Of a stretch of DNA of 64,000 nucleotides, positions 38,839 through 48,499 are shown piece after piece. A program made the position numbers and the translations under genes. The stretch is from a virus: IMG/VR virus record IMGVR_UViG_3300010430_000004, positions 104,537-168,536 of that record. One strand, given 5' to 3'. Positions within the stretch are counted from its first letter, which is position 1. Every line of letters starts with the position of its first letter. The notes under the pieces are model-generated. The model saw nothing but the letters and a program-made list of their open reading frames with translations, was not told the DNA's origin and did not search any database.

Positions 38839-39750
38839 ATGGAAGTGAAAAGAGAAGTATCAGAAAACATCGACATCAATGAGCGCATTGATTATAATGA
38901 CAACCTTGAATTAGTGACTATGCGTTGGAAGTACTTGCTTAGATCACCTAATCCAGAAGAAGCTTTGATGAAACAATCCAAACCTATTATTGAAAAGGTT
39001 TCTAAAGAAAATTGGAATAAGTTTAATCATGTATACTATACAGTAGGTTATGATCTGGATGATATTCTAAATATTGCCAGATGCCATACGGTTAGTTTCT
39101 ATGGGATCTTTTCTGTAAGAACTGAAGAGAAGCATAAAGAAAAATTTGTTCAATGGTATAAAAACAAAAATGGAGAAAATACATACCCTACTGAAAAAGA
39201 CTTTTTGTATAAGGATATGTACAATCTTCAAAAGTTTCTTATTCAACGCATGGAAGAGGTAGCTAAGGTTTGTTTTCAAAAAAATAGAAATATTAGAGGC
39301 ACTAAAGAGATCTTTAAAATTTTTAAAGCTACAAATCCTCTACAAGTAGATGATATTGCCCTTATTGAAGATCCTAAAAAATATAACTATATTGAAATTA
39401 CCAAGAAAGAATACAATGCCACTAAAAAGGCCCTTAAACTAAAAGGCGACAATTCTTTTTACAATGGAGACGATTATATCAGAGTGGTAGCTATTGCTGC
39501 TCAAGATATTAAAACTGTAGATTTTTTGGATCATTATTTGACTGAAAACTCTGAATATTACAAAACTCCTGAGCGAAAAATGTTTGACATGGAGACAAAG
39601 GCAGAGTTAATGGAAATGAAAGATAAATATGAAGGCTTTAGTTCTGATAAAAAGAAAAGAACCCTTAAAGAGTTTATTGATCAGAACAAGGGCTGTGATA
39701 GAATGAAGGTAGAAGTTAGCCAAGCCAGAGCTATGCTTAAAGGACTTTAA
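38839..39750 (+). CDS. hypothetical protein, possible sigma-factor region 2-like domain
   Basis: LMKQSKPIIEKVSK...GYDLDDILNIAR resembles sigma 2.1-2.2; CDS certain, function tentative. Confidence 0.55.
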   Translation: MEVKREVSENIDINERIDYNDNLELVTMRWKYLLRSPNPEEALMKQSKPIIEKVSKENWNKFNHVYYTVGYDLDDILNIARCHTVSFYGIFSVRTEEKHKEKFVQWYKNKNGENTYPTEKDFLYKDMYNLQKFLIQRMEEVAKVCFQKNRNIRGTKEIFKIFKATNPLQVDDIALIEDPKKYNYIEITKKEYNATKKALKLKGDNSFYNGDDYIRVVAIAAQDIKTVDFLDHYLTENSEYYKTPERKMFDMETKAELMEMKDKYEGFSSDKKKRTLKEFIDQNKGCDRMKVEVSQARAMLKGL

Positions 39751-40673
39751 TGACTGAGAAGCAGGAAAAATTCTTAAACTTATTAATGGATGAGGGTGAA
39801 ACTTTTTGTGTCGCCCATAATCCTTACGGCTATCATTCCATTAGTCGTAAAGATCTTAATAAGCCAGAATTCTTACTGACTCCACCTGAGCCTTCTCCTG
39901 AACAACTAGCTGAAGGCAAGTATCTAAAACCAGAAAATATAACCCTGGACATGATAAATATGTTAGCTATCAACCCTATTTCTGGCTGGAGAGATGACCG
40001 CTCTGTAACTTCTCTAAGAAATTTTTTAGTAGAGATTGATGATGGACCACTTAAAGAGCAAAAAGAATACATGGATAAAACCGGATTGCCCTACAGTGCT
40101 TGTGTATTCTCTGGAGGTAAGTCTTTGCATTTTGCTGTTTGTTTAGACGTACCATTGCCAAATATTGAGGCTTATAAAATGATTAGTAGGTGGATACTTG
40201 CTATAGTAACTCGTGCTGATCAGCAGACTATAAACCCTAGTAGAAGTATCCGTTTTCCTGGAAACAAGCGTAGAGTATATGGCAAAAAAGTAGTGCCATT
40301 TGAAGAGCGTAGAGATCAGAAGCTTCTTATATGTCGCGAAAGAATCACCCAAAAAGAGCTATTTAACTGGCTAAGTAAGCATAAAGATAAGAAACCTAAA
40401 ATAAACGTCAGAAAAAAGACCATATCAACCAACGCTTCTCTTAAAAGCCTAAGTAAATGGGCAAAAGGTGAAATAAAAGATGGAGTTCCTGCTAGAGACG
40501 GCAGAAATAAGACATGGTTTGCTCTTGGCTACGACTTTTGTTTGGCAGGATTCGAAATAAACGATACTTATAGTATATTAGAGGCTTACTTCGCTGAAGA
40601 GCACGATTTTACCAGGCGAGAGTGGGAATATACTATTAACCGTGGCTACAAAAAGTGTATTGAGGAAAATTAA
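39750..40673 (+). CDS. AEP/RepB-like primase with C-terminal PriCT-like domain
   Basis: VEIDD, SGGKSLH, SRSIRFPG, GRNKTWF. Confidence 0.75.
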   Translation: MTEKQEKFLNLLMDEGETFCVAHNPYGYHSISRKDLNKPEFLLTPPEPSPEQLAEGKYLKPENITLDMINMLAINPISGWRDDRSVTSLRNFLVEIDDGPLKEQKEYMDKTGLPYSACVFSGGKSLHFAVCLDVPLPNIEAYKMISRWILAIVTRADQQTINPSRSIRFPGNKRRVYGKKVVPFEERRDQKLLICRERITQKELFNWLSKHKDKKPKINVRKKTISTNASLKSLSKWAKGEIKDGVPARDGRNKTWFALGYDFCLAGFEINDTYSILEAYFAEEHDFTRREWEYTINRGYKKCIEEN

Positions 40674-42157
40674 TGAAAAGAACGACCAATGAGTTTAATG
40701 TCAAGTATCTTAGTCACTTAAAGGATGTAAATTTCCTATTAGAAGGCTCATGCAAGCAATGGAACTCAGTCGCTACTAATCAGCTCAAGAGAAAGCTAAA
40801 ATTAGAAGAAGACTATTTTGAAGATGAGCGCACTAAATGTATTAGTTTTGATGTTAACTTTCAAAACGGTTCTGTAGCTTCTTTTCTATTTGTTCCAGAA
40901 GATATAAAGACCTTTGATCTTCAAGAAGAATTAGTATCTTCCTTTGGTGATACCATTAAAGAATCAAACAACATCTCATTCAACATATTGGGCCTTGATA
41001 AAAAACTTCAAAAATCATTAGTTAGAGATATGACTAGTCTTATCAAGCTATATGAATGGGAAAAGCCTACTTTCGGCAAACGCAAAAATAAGAAAGAGAA
41101 ATATCCCAAGAAAAAGAACTACGGATTTTATAGTGAACTGGAAGACAGTGAAACTTATATCACTGAAGGTATTGAGCTAGCTGAAGCAAATAACCTAGCC
41201 AGAACACTTTGCGTAATGCCTGGAAACTTCATGAAAAGCAAAGACCTACTAAAAGCTGGCATTAAGGTTGCTAAAAACCTTAGATGTAAGTATGAAGTTC
41301 TTAAAAAAAGCAACCTTATGCACTTAAGGGCTGGGGCTTTTTTATCAGTTATGCAAGCAGACCCAGATAGTGAAGGTGGAATTCTTCATATAAAATACCG
41401 CACAAGAAGCAAAGCAAAGTCTGTAAAAAATATAGCCATTGTAGGAAAAGGTATAGTATTTGATACTGGTGGGTACTCAATTAAAGACGATGAGAGTATG
41501 CAAAATATGCACAAAGATATGACTGGAGCTGCCATTGCCTTGGGAGCTTTTAAAGCTTTAGTTAAAACTAAACCTAAGTGCAATATTGATTGTTATCTAG
41601 CAGTAGCTGAGAACCTTATATCTCCTACCGCTTATCGTCCAGAGGATGTTGTTACGGCTATGGATGGTACAAGTATAGAAATAAAAAACACTGACGCTGA
41701 AGGCCGTATGTGTCTCATAGATACTATGATCTACGCCCAACGTCAAGAACTTAAAATTGACTTGATGCTTGACTTTGGTACCCTTACTGGAGCTGCACCG
41801 TATTCTATGGATACTAAGTATGCTTGCGTATTTTCTAATAACTACGAATTAGCACTAAAAGCCGTAGAGGTAGGGCAAGAATGCGGAGAAAGAGTGTGGA
41901 ATTTTCCAGTAGGAGAAGATTACGCTGAACAATTAGAAAGTGAAATAGCTGATATACGTCAGTGTCAAAAATCAGAAAATGCCGATCACATATATAGTGC
42001 TACTTTTCTCAAGCATTTTGTAGGCGACAAGTTAGATTGGGTCCATGTAGACCTTTCAGCTGAAGAAAACGAAGGTGGACTGGGACTAGTAGAAACAGAC
42101 ACTACTGGCCATGGTGTTCGCTGGGCCTACGATTTTATCAAAAAATATACAGAATAA
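40673..42157 (+). CDS. pepA: M17 leucyl aminopeptidase
   Basis: GKGIVFDTGG, KDMTGAA, NTDAEGR, TLTGA, WVHVD. Confidence 0.93.
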   Translation: MKRTTNEFNVKYLSHLKDVNFLLEGSCKQWNSVATNQLKRKLKLEEDYFEDERTKCISFDVNFQNGSVASFLFVPEDIKTFDLQEELVSSFGDTIKESNNISFNILGLDKKLQKSLVRDMTSLIKLYEWEKPTFGKRKNKKEKYPKKKNYGFYSELEDSETYITEGIELAEANNLARTLCVMPGNFMKSKDLLKAGIKVAKNLRCKYEVLKKSNLMHLRAGAFLSVMQADPDSEGGILHIKYRTRSKAKSVKNIAIVGKGIVFDTGGYSIKDDESMQNMHKDMTGAAIALGAFKALVKTKPKCNIDCYLAVAENLISPTAYRPEDVVTAMDGTSIEIKNTDAEGRMCLIDTMIYAQRQELKIDLMLDFGTLTGAAPYSMDTKYACVFSNNYELALKAVEVGQECGERVWNFPVGEDYAEQLESEIADIRQCQKSENADHIYSATFLKHFVGDKLDWVHVDLSAEENEGGLGLVETDTTGHGVRWAYDFIKKYTE

Positions 42158-42164
42158 AAAATAC

Positions 42165-42193
42165 TAGCATTTTTTAATAATCCATGTTATACT
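42165..42193 (+). promoter_or_regulatory. class I promoter driving the tRNA-like RNA
   Basis: TAGCAT-17-TATACT; 30 nt identical to the promoter at 6169-6198. Confidence 0.88.
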
Positions 42194-42204
42194 GTTTTTA
42201 GTAC

Positions 42205-42269
42205 GGTAGGCTACGGTGTGGTACCCTCTGTTGGCCAAACACCCAGGTTCGAATCCTGGGTAGCCTGCC
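42205..42269 (+). ncRNA. non-canonical tRNA-like RNA
   Basis: Perfect T-arm CCAGG-TTCGAAT-CCTGG, 9-10 bp closing stem, shrunken D and anticodon-like arms, no encoded CCA. Confidence 0.7.
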
Positions 42270-42287
42270 CGAATTTTTGGAGGAATT

Positions 42288-42677
42288 ATGGGAATGTTTG
42301 ATAGTTTTTATTTTGCTAAAGATCTATTACCTAAAAATAAAGTAGATGAAAATCACGAATTCCAGACAAAAAGCCTTGGATGTGATCTTGACAAATACTA
42401 TATTGACTCTAATAGAAACGTTACAAGGGTTCCTTTCTTTGAACAAGGCGAAAAAGACCAAGAATTAATCAGGAGATATGAAATTGAGGAAAAAATAAAC
42501 GAAGTAGTTTATGTTCGTTCTCATGTTTTTTACTATGAAAATGAAAACGATCTTTTTGGTAGAAAATATTTAGGAAGTGACGTTCAAGAATATAAAATTG
42601 TAATAAAAGATAATAAATTAGTATATGCTGAAAAAATATTAGACGAAGTTATGGGAGAAGATAATGAAAACCCTTAA
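42288..42677 (+). CDS. hypothetical phage protein (MGMFD...FQTK type)
   Basis: GGAGG RBS. Confidence 0.75.
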   Translation: MGMFDSFYFAKDLLPKNKVDENHEFQTKSLGCDLDKYYIDSNRNVTRVPFFEQGEKDQELIRRYEIEEKINEVVYVRSHVFYYENENDLFGRKYLGSDVQEYKIVIKDNKLVYAEKILDEVMGEDNENP

Positions 42678-43014
42678 AGAATTATGCGAAGAATCTCTAG
42701 AAAAAAGAACAACAACCCTTTATATGGCTCTTAAAGAAAAGGCTTCCTTTGAAAACAATCAAAGCATTAAAGATCATTTACTCAACCAACTAAATGAGTT
42801 TCAATACAGATTTGAAGTAGGCTATCGAGAAGGTTTTTGGTTTTCTCAGAAATTAAATAAAGAAAAAGATGAAAAAACAGATAAACTTTTAAAGGCTTTA
42901 AATAGCATCGCCCATATTGGTGTGGTAATGGACAATGAAACTGGCCAACAATGGGATTGTGACCCTATTCAAGTAGCACAAGAAGCCCTATCAGAATATG
43001 CGGATATGCCATGA
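42664..43014 (+). CDS. hypothetical protein
   Basis: GGAG RBS. Confidence 0.65.
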   Translation: MKTLKELCEESLEKRTTTLYMALKEKASFENNQSIKDHLLNQLNEFQYRFEVGYREGFWFSQKLNKEKDEKTDKLLKALNSIAHIGVVMDNETGQQWDCDPIQVAQEALSEYADMP

Positions 43015-43253
43015 CTTATGAAGAAGCTGTAAAATCAGACAAACCATTTAATAGAAAGAAATATAAAGATGGATGGTATAATATAGATGACAGGGGCTAC
43101 ACCTGCCACATAAGAGATTTATCCATCAGATGTCCAGCCTTTACTGAAGAAGACAAGAAAGCCACTGATTGGCACGTTTGGGATGGAAAAACTTTAACTG
43201 AAATTAGAAAACAACTCAGAGAACAAAGGAAGAAAAATGATAACACTAAATGA
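43011..43253 (+). CDS. hypothetical protein (DUF2829-like ATDW ending)
   Basis: MTYEEAVK...EDKKATDW. Confidence 0.6.
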   Translation: MTYEEAVKSDKPFNRKKYKDGWYNIDDRGYTCHIRDLSIRCPAFTEEDKKATDWHVWDGKTLTEIRKQLREQRKKNDNTK

Positions 43254-44013
43254 GAAGCCAGTAAAAACTGATATGTTTCCAGACAATACTAGCCAGGTAT
43301 GGAAGGTTGAAAATCTTCCACCTAAAGGTTTGGCAGCTAAAGTGGTATGGACTTATTCACATGAAGGTGAATTCATGCAGCTTGCTCAGTTAAGAGCCTT
43401 GCTTCACAAAAATGAAAATCCTGCTTATCTTACTATATGCTATTTACCTTATGGTAGACAAGACAAGGAAATTTCCAATGAAGCTACTTTTGCTTTACAG
43501 CCCTTTGCAGCGTTATTAAACTTTTTAGATTTTAGACACGTTACTATAGTGGACCCTCATTCTACTATTGCCACTGATCTTATATACAACTCTGATGCGT
43601 ATTATCCTATAACCACGATACTTAATCTTATAAGTAAGACAAGTACTGATCTACTTTGTTATCCAGATAAGGGCGCTTTAGGAAAATATGCGTCAATGTT
43701 TGAGATGGACCATGTATATGGTGAAAAAGTAAGAGATCAGTCGAGTGGTTGGATCACGGACTATGCTCTTATCGGCGATGTGAAAGATAAGACGGTTCTA
43801 ATCGTAGATGATATTTGCGATGGTGGAATGACCTTTAAACTTCTAGCAAATGCCTTGATGGAGAATGGCGCAAAGGAGGTAAATCTATATGTATCGCATG
43901 GTCTTTTTTCTAAGGGCCTAAAAACACTTAAAGAAAACAAAATTAATCGGATTTTCACTAAAGAAGGTGAATGTAGTGAGGTCCAAGGAAATATAACTTA
44001 TAGGAGATTATAG
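43237..44013 (+). CDS. ribose-phosphate pyrophosphokinase-like protein (candidate Adps of NARP1)
   Basis: LPYGRQDK, VDPHS, PDKGA, IVDDICDGGMTF, VSHGLFS. Confidence 0.9.
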   Translation: MITLNEKPVKTDMFPDNTSQVWKVENLPPKGLAAKVVWTYSHEGEFMQLAQLRALLHKNENPAYLTICYLPYGRQDKEISNEATFALQPFAALLNFLDFRHVTIVDPHSTIATDLIYNSDAYYPITTILNLISKTSTDLLCYPDKGALGKYASMFEMDHVYGEKVRDQSSGWITDYALIGDVKDKTVLIVDDICDGGMTFKLLANALMENGAKEVNLYVSHGLFSKGLKTLKENKINRIFTKEGECSEVQGNITYRRL

Positions 44014-44015
44014 TT

Positions 44016-45533
44016 ATGAGAGATTTAAATGCAATGTTATTATGTGATTTTTATAAACTGAGCCACAGAGCTCAATACCCAACAGGTACAGAGAAAGTAT
44101 ACTCTACCTGGACCCCAAGAGCCAGCAGAATGAAGGGCGTAGACCATGTAGTCGCTTACGGTTTTCAAGGCTTTATCAAAAAATATCTTATTCAATTTTT
44201 TAACAATGAGTTTTTTAGTAGACCCATTGCAGAAATTACCGAACAATATTCTAGAATTATAAAAGGAACGCTAGGCGTAGAAGAGCCTGATTTTTCTCAT
44301 ATAGTTGCTTTACATAAACTTGGATATTTGCCGATTAAAATTAAAGCCCTTCCAGAAGGTACAAAAACCCCTCTAAGAGTTCCAATGATGACTATTCAAA
44401 ACACTCACAAAGATTTTGCTTGGTTGACAAATTACTTAGAGACTCTTGCCTCTTGTGAATTGTGGCAAGCCTGCACTAGTGCAACTATTGCTGACCAATA
44501 CCGTCAGATATTAGACAAATATGCCAACAAAACTGTAGGAAATACAGAGTTTGTTCAATTTCAAGGTCACGATTTTTCCATGCGTGGAATGAGCAGCTTA
44601 GAATCTGCTATGATCAGTGGTTCTGGACATTTACTAAGCTTTGCTGGTACTGATACCATTCCAGCTGTTAGTTATCTTGAAGAATATTATAATGCTGACG
44701 TAACTAAAGAATTAGTTGGTACAAGCATTCCAGCTACTGAGCACTCTGTTCAATGTGCTTATGGCAATGATGATCTTTACCTTAAAAGAATGATGACTGA
44801 GGTTTATCCTACTGGGCCAGTAAGTATCGTGTCTGACGGATATGATTTTTGGGATGTTATTGGTAGAGTTTTGCCTAGCCTTAAAGAAGATATTCTTGCT
44901 CGTGGTGGAGATCGTGGTCCAGAATTTTTGGATAAAGTAGTTATTCGACCTGATTCTGGTGATCCTGTAAAAATCGTATGTGGAGATCCATCAATAGGGG
45001 CTTTGATTAAAGATTTGGAAATATATTCAAAAGAAGATGAAATGATAGCAAAGGGTGCTGTTGAATGTCTATGGGATATTTTTGGTGGACACGTCAATGA
45101 ACAAGGTTATAAGGTTCTTAACCCTAAAATTGGTCTAATTTATGGAGATGCCATTACACTCAATCGTTGCGAAGAGATTTGTAAACAATTAGAAGCCAAA
45201 GGCTTTGCAAGCACTAACGTAGTGTTTGGTATTGGAAGCTACACTTACCAATATAACACCAGAGATACTTTTGGGTTCGCTCTTAAGAGCACTCTTTGCG
45301 TTATTGACGGAGATGAGAAACAAATTTTTAAAGACCCTAAAACTGATAATGGCATTAAAAAGAGCCAAAAAGGTCGGGTAGTAGTTCTTGAAAAGGATGG
45401 TGAGCTTACTTTTATGGATGGCCTATCTCTTGAAGATAAAATGAGCAAGGATCTTTTAAAGACAGTTTTTTGTGACGGTAAACTTGTAATTGACCAAAAA
45501 TTGGAAGATATTCGAGAAAGAGTAAGAAAGTGA
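44016..45533 (+). CDS. nicotinamide phosphoribosyltransferase-like protein (candidate Namat of NARP1)
   Basis: DFYKLSH, HDFSMRG, PATEHS, VSDGYD, RPDSGDP, YGDAI, RDTFGFALK, KDPKTD. Confidence 0.93.
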   Translation: MRDLNAMLLCDFYKLSHRAQYPTGTEKVYSTWTPRASRMKGVDHVVAYGFQGFIKKYLIQFFNNEFFSRPIAEITEQYSRIIKGTLGVEEPDFSHIVALHKLGYLPIKIKALPEGTKTPLRVPMMTIQNTHKDFAWLTNYLETLASCELWQACTSATIADQYRQILDKYANKTVGNTEFVQFQGHDFSMRGMSSLESAMISGSGHLLSFAGTDTIPAVSYLEEYYNADVTKELVGTSIPATEHSVQCAYGNDDLYLKRMMTEVYPTGPVSIVSDGYDFWDVIGRVLPSLKEDILARGGDRGPEFLDKVVIRPDSGDPVKIVCGDPSIGALIKDLEIYSKEDEMIAKGAVECLWDIFGGHVNEQGYKVLNPKIGLIYGDAITLNRCEEICKQLEAKGFASTNVVFGIGSYTYQYNTRDTFGFALKSTLCVIDGDEKQIFKDPKTDNGIKKSQKGRVVVLEKDGELTFMDGLSLEDKMSKDLLKTVFCDGKLVIDQKLEDIRERVRK

Positions 45534-45970
45534 TAGTTGAAGAAATTCAAGGAAATCTTTTAGATACAACCGTGAGCGCAATTGCTCACGGTGTTAATTG
45601 TCAAAATACTATGGGTAGTGGAGTAGCTAAGGCCTTGTTTACCAAATGGCCTGAGATTAAATCTAAATACCATGATTTTTGCAACATGAATGGCCCATCT
45701 CACAGATTAAGCCAAGTTCAGGCCGTGAATACTGATGATAAAACTATATTGAATTGCTTTACTCAAGAGTGGTATGGTTATGATGGCAGAAAATATGTCA
45801 GCTATGATGCTATCTATGAGTGTTTCAATTTTATTTCTCAGTTTTATGACGAAGTAGCTATTCCAAAAATAGGCTGTGGCCTAGCAGGTGGTGATTGGAA
45901 TGTTGTCAAAGAAATAATAAATTCTGCTACTGGCAGCGACTGTAAAGTTTACGTTTATTATTTAAAATAA
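45530..45970 (+). CDS. macrodomain protein (ADP-ribose processing)
   Basis: GNLL, HGVNC..MGSGVA, PKIGCGLAGGDW. Confidence 0.92.
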   Translation: MIVEEIQGNLLDTTVSAIAHGVNCQNTMGSGVAKALFTKWPEIKSKYHDFCNMNGPSHRLSQVQAVNTDDKTILNCFTQEWYGYDGRKYVSYDAIYECFNFISQFYDEVAIPKIGCGLAGGDWNVVKEIINSATGSDCKVYVYYLK

Positions 45971-45975
45971 AAAAT

Positions 45976-46004
45976 TTGCTTTTCTGTACGTTTCATGTTA
46001 TATT
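45976..46004 (+). promoter_or_regulatory. class I promoter
   Basis: TTGCTT-17-TATATT with CATGT. Confidence 0.85.
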
Positions 46005-46025
46005 AAATTTAACTTAGGAGATTGC

Positions 46026-46283
46026 ATGAAATTCTACCACGTTACAACTAACCACGTTTACCTACAAAAAGTAGGTTTCATGGAAAAAGGCATGATGTTT
46101 ACTACAGACCTTGCCTATGCCAAACAACAATTAAAATCTAAGAGAAAAGGCTTAAACAAAATGCAACCCATGATTGTTTCTATTGAAATGATTGATTCAG
46201 CATTTGAAAGAACTAAAGCTAAAAAAGAAACTTATAAAAATATTGTAATGTTCCTTTCACATATAGAGGTTCTTAATGTTTGA
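46026..46283 (+). CDS. hypothetical protein
   Basis: AGGAG RBS after promoter. Confidence 0.65.
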   Translation: MKFYHVTTNHVYLQKVGFMEKGMMFTTDLAYAKQQLKSKRKGLNKMQPMIVSIEMIDSAFERTKAKKETYKNIVMFLSHIEVLNV

Positions 46284-46560
46284 TTTATACCCAACAGATT
46301 ATCACATGACTGTTTATAGAAACCCTAAAGGCAGTTCTAGTGGGCTAGATTATTCTTTTTATTTAAGCAACCATGACGGTGCTTCTAGACTTATGAATCT
46401 TACAGACTTGTCGATGGATGAAATCGAAGGTATTGTTGGCCGATTTAGGCAAAACCACGAAAGAGCAGGAAAATTAAAAGGCGAAGTATTTGTTTATATG
46501 GATGGCCTTGTTAGAATCAAACATCACTTTACTAAAAAAATTATATGGGAGAACAGATAA
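46276..46560 (+). CDS. hypothetical protein
   Basis: GAGG RBS. Confidence 0.6.
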   Translation: MFDLYPTDYHMTVYRNPKGSSSGLDYSFYLSNHDGASRLMNLTDLSMDEIEGIVGRFRQNHERAGKLKGEVFVYMDGLVRIKHHFTKKIIWENR

Positions 46561-46725
46561 TGCTATATTTAGGACACGTTTCGGTTTGGTTTTTTATAAT
46601 TCTTTTATTGCTAATCTCAAAAATTGTAAAACTAAAAAAAGGAAATGCTTTAATTGCTTGCTTGGTTTTTGGTATGATTTTTGCTGTACCAAGCTGTACA
46701 ATTCAACTGGTTTTTGGAGGATAAA

Positions 46726-47922
46726 ATGAGAACAATTAATTTAGATCAAAACGACAATGCTGATATTACAAAATTTCCAACCCTATACAAGCAAACCACT
46801 ACTGGAAAAATCCAACAGTGGCAGGTTCAAGTTTTTGGAAACGGAGTGACCTCTACTTATGGTCAAGTAGATGGCAAGCTTCAAGAAACTACTGACATTG
46901 TTAAATCTGGAAAAAATATAGGAAAAGCAAACGAAACTACCCCTGAAGAACAAGCAGGGCTCAAGGCTCAACAGCTTTTTGATAAAAAAGTAAAAGAGGG
47001 ATATGTTACAGATATCACCCTTGCTCAACAAAATGCTAACAACCTTGAAGGTGTCGAGCCTATGCTGGCCTTTGATGCTGAAAAGAAAAAGAAATATATG
47101 ACTTTTCCAGGAACAGGTCAGCCAAAACTAGATGGCTTTAGGTGTATAGCAGTTATTCAAAATGGAAAATGCCAACTATACACTCGTACTCAAAAACCTA
47201 TCAATACGCTTCCTCATATAGTTCAAGAATTAGAACAAGTGTTTGGTACAGCAAAATCTATAGTTTTGGATGGAGAACTTTATAATCACGAATTGAAAAA
47301 TGATTTTGAAAAGATTTGCTCCTATATTAAAAGAGACGAAGTACATGAGAATCACGAAATTATTCAGTACCATATCTATGATCATGTTTCCGAAGGGACT
47401 CACCATCAAAGATATTCCATGGTTAACGCTGCTTTAAATATAAGAATGGTACCTTGTATGTTTTTGAAAACAGTAGAAACAGTTACAGTTAACTCTGAAC
47501 AAGAATTAGAGGCTTTTTTCCACAAATGTTTAGCAGATGGCTATGAAGGCGCAATGTATCGTCATCCTGAAATGGAATATGAACACAAACGATCAGCTGG
47601 TTTACTCAAAATTAAAGTTTTTGAAGACGCTGAGTTCGAAGTTACTGGTGTTCAAGAAGGCACTGGTAAACTCATGGGCCAAGCAGGGGCTATCCTTGTT
47701 AAGGACTCTGACGGAAAAGAATTTAAAGCCAAACTAAAAAGTCTTACGGATAGCAACGGCAAACGTGTAGAAAGCAAAGAAGACTATCAAGCAAGATGCG
47801 CTGATTGGCTAGTCAATATTGAAAACTATATAGGAAAAATGATTACTGTTCAATATCAGGGCAAAACCAAACACGGAATTCCACGGTTTCCTATAGCCCT
47901 TAGAATCAGGGAGGCAGAATGA
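46726..47922 (+). CDS. lig: ATP-dependent DNA ligase with N-terminal WGR-like domain
   Basis: QPKLDGFRC, LDGELY, EGAM, LKIK, RFPI; GGAGG RBS before 46726. Confidence 0.93.
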   Translation: MRTINLDQNDNADITKFPTLYKQTTTGKIQQWQVQVFGNGVTSTYGQVDGKLQETTDIVKSGKNIGKANETTPEEQAGLKAQQLFDKKVKEGYVTDITLAQQNANNLEGVEPMLAFDAEKKKKYMTFPGTGQPKLDGFRCIAVIQNGKCQLYTRTQKPINTLPHIVQELEQVFGTAKSIVLDGELYNHELKNDFEKICSYIKRDEVHENHEIIQYHIYDHVSEGTHHQRYSMVNAALNIRMVPCMFLKTVETVTVNSEQELEAFFHKCLADGYEGAMYRHPEMEYEHKRSAGLLKIKVFEDAEFEVTGVQEGTGKLMGQAGAILVKDSDGKEFKAKLKSLTDSNGKRVESKEDYQARCADWLVNIENYIGKMITVQYQGKTKHGIPRFPIALRIREAE

Positions 47923-48124
47923 ATGAAATTTTAAAAGCAATCCAAGACAATAAAACTGTTATAAGCTATGTGCCATCTAGATTTGCTGATAAATTTAATA
48001 GTTTAACTTGGGATCGTCATACCTGTCAGAAAATACACATGGCTTATAAAATAGCTGCTGGTGGCGTTATTGTTAAAAATATACCAACAAAAGTTCAACT
48101 ATCTAAATTTGTGGAGTATACTAA

Positions 48125-48499
48125 ATGAAATTTTTTAATAGATTTTCTTATTATAGAGACAAAAATGAAGACGTTTATGTAAACTTGGGCGTTTCTTGGA
48201 TCTGGGATAGATACGTTAATGTAGTGCCTTCTCAGGAAACTCAAAGTTTCCTATCTAAAGTTGGCTGGGGTGGACCCAAAGGGAAAGGGATCAGTAGAAC
48301 TTTTACTTTTTATTTATATACTAGAAAATATGTCAGAATGTTTACTATTGATTTTAGCACTATTGAAAGGCCGTGGACAACTGAAGAATTAAAAAGCGCA
48401 CCGACTGAAATGGATAAATATAATGAGAGAATGAAAACTGTTAGAGAACTATCCAAAAGACTGGGAAGACACAAAAAAACTTCAAATAATGATATTTAA
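48125..48499 (+). CDS. hypothetical protein
   Basis: GGAG RBS; ATGA coupling. Confidence 0.65.
   Translation: MKFFNRFSYYRDKNEDVYVNLGVSWIWDRYVNVVPSQETQSFLSKVGWGGPKGKGISRTFTFYLYTRKYVRMFTIDFSTIERPWTTEELKSAPTEMDKYNERMKTVRELSKRLGRHKKTSNNDI

Noticed and set aside
42205-42269. Canonical tRNA-Gly(GCC)
   Set aside because: The body is ~13 nt too short, the anticodon-like stem is only 3-4 bp, there is no U33, the acceptor/T helix is over-long and there is no CCA. Reported as tRNA-like instead.
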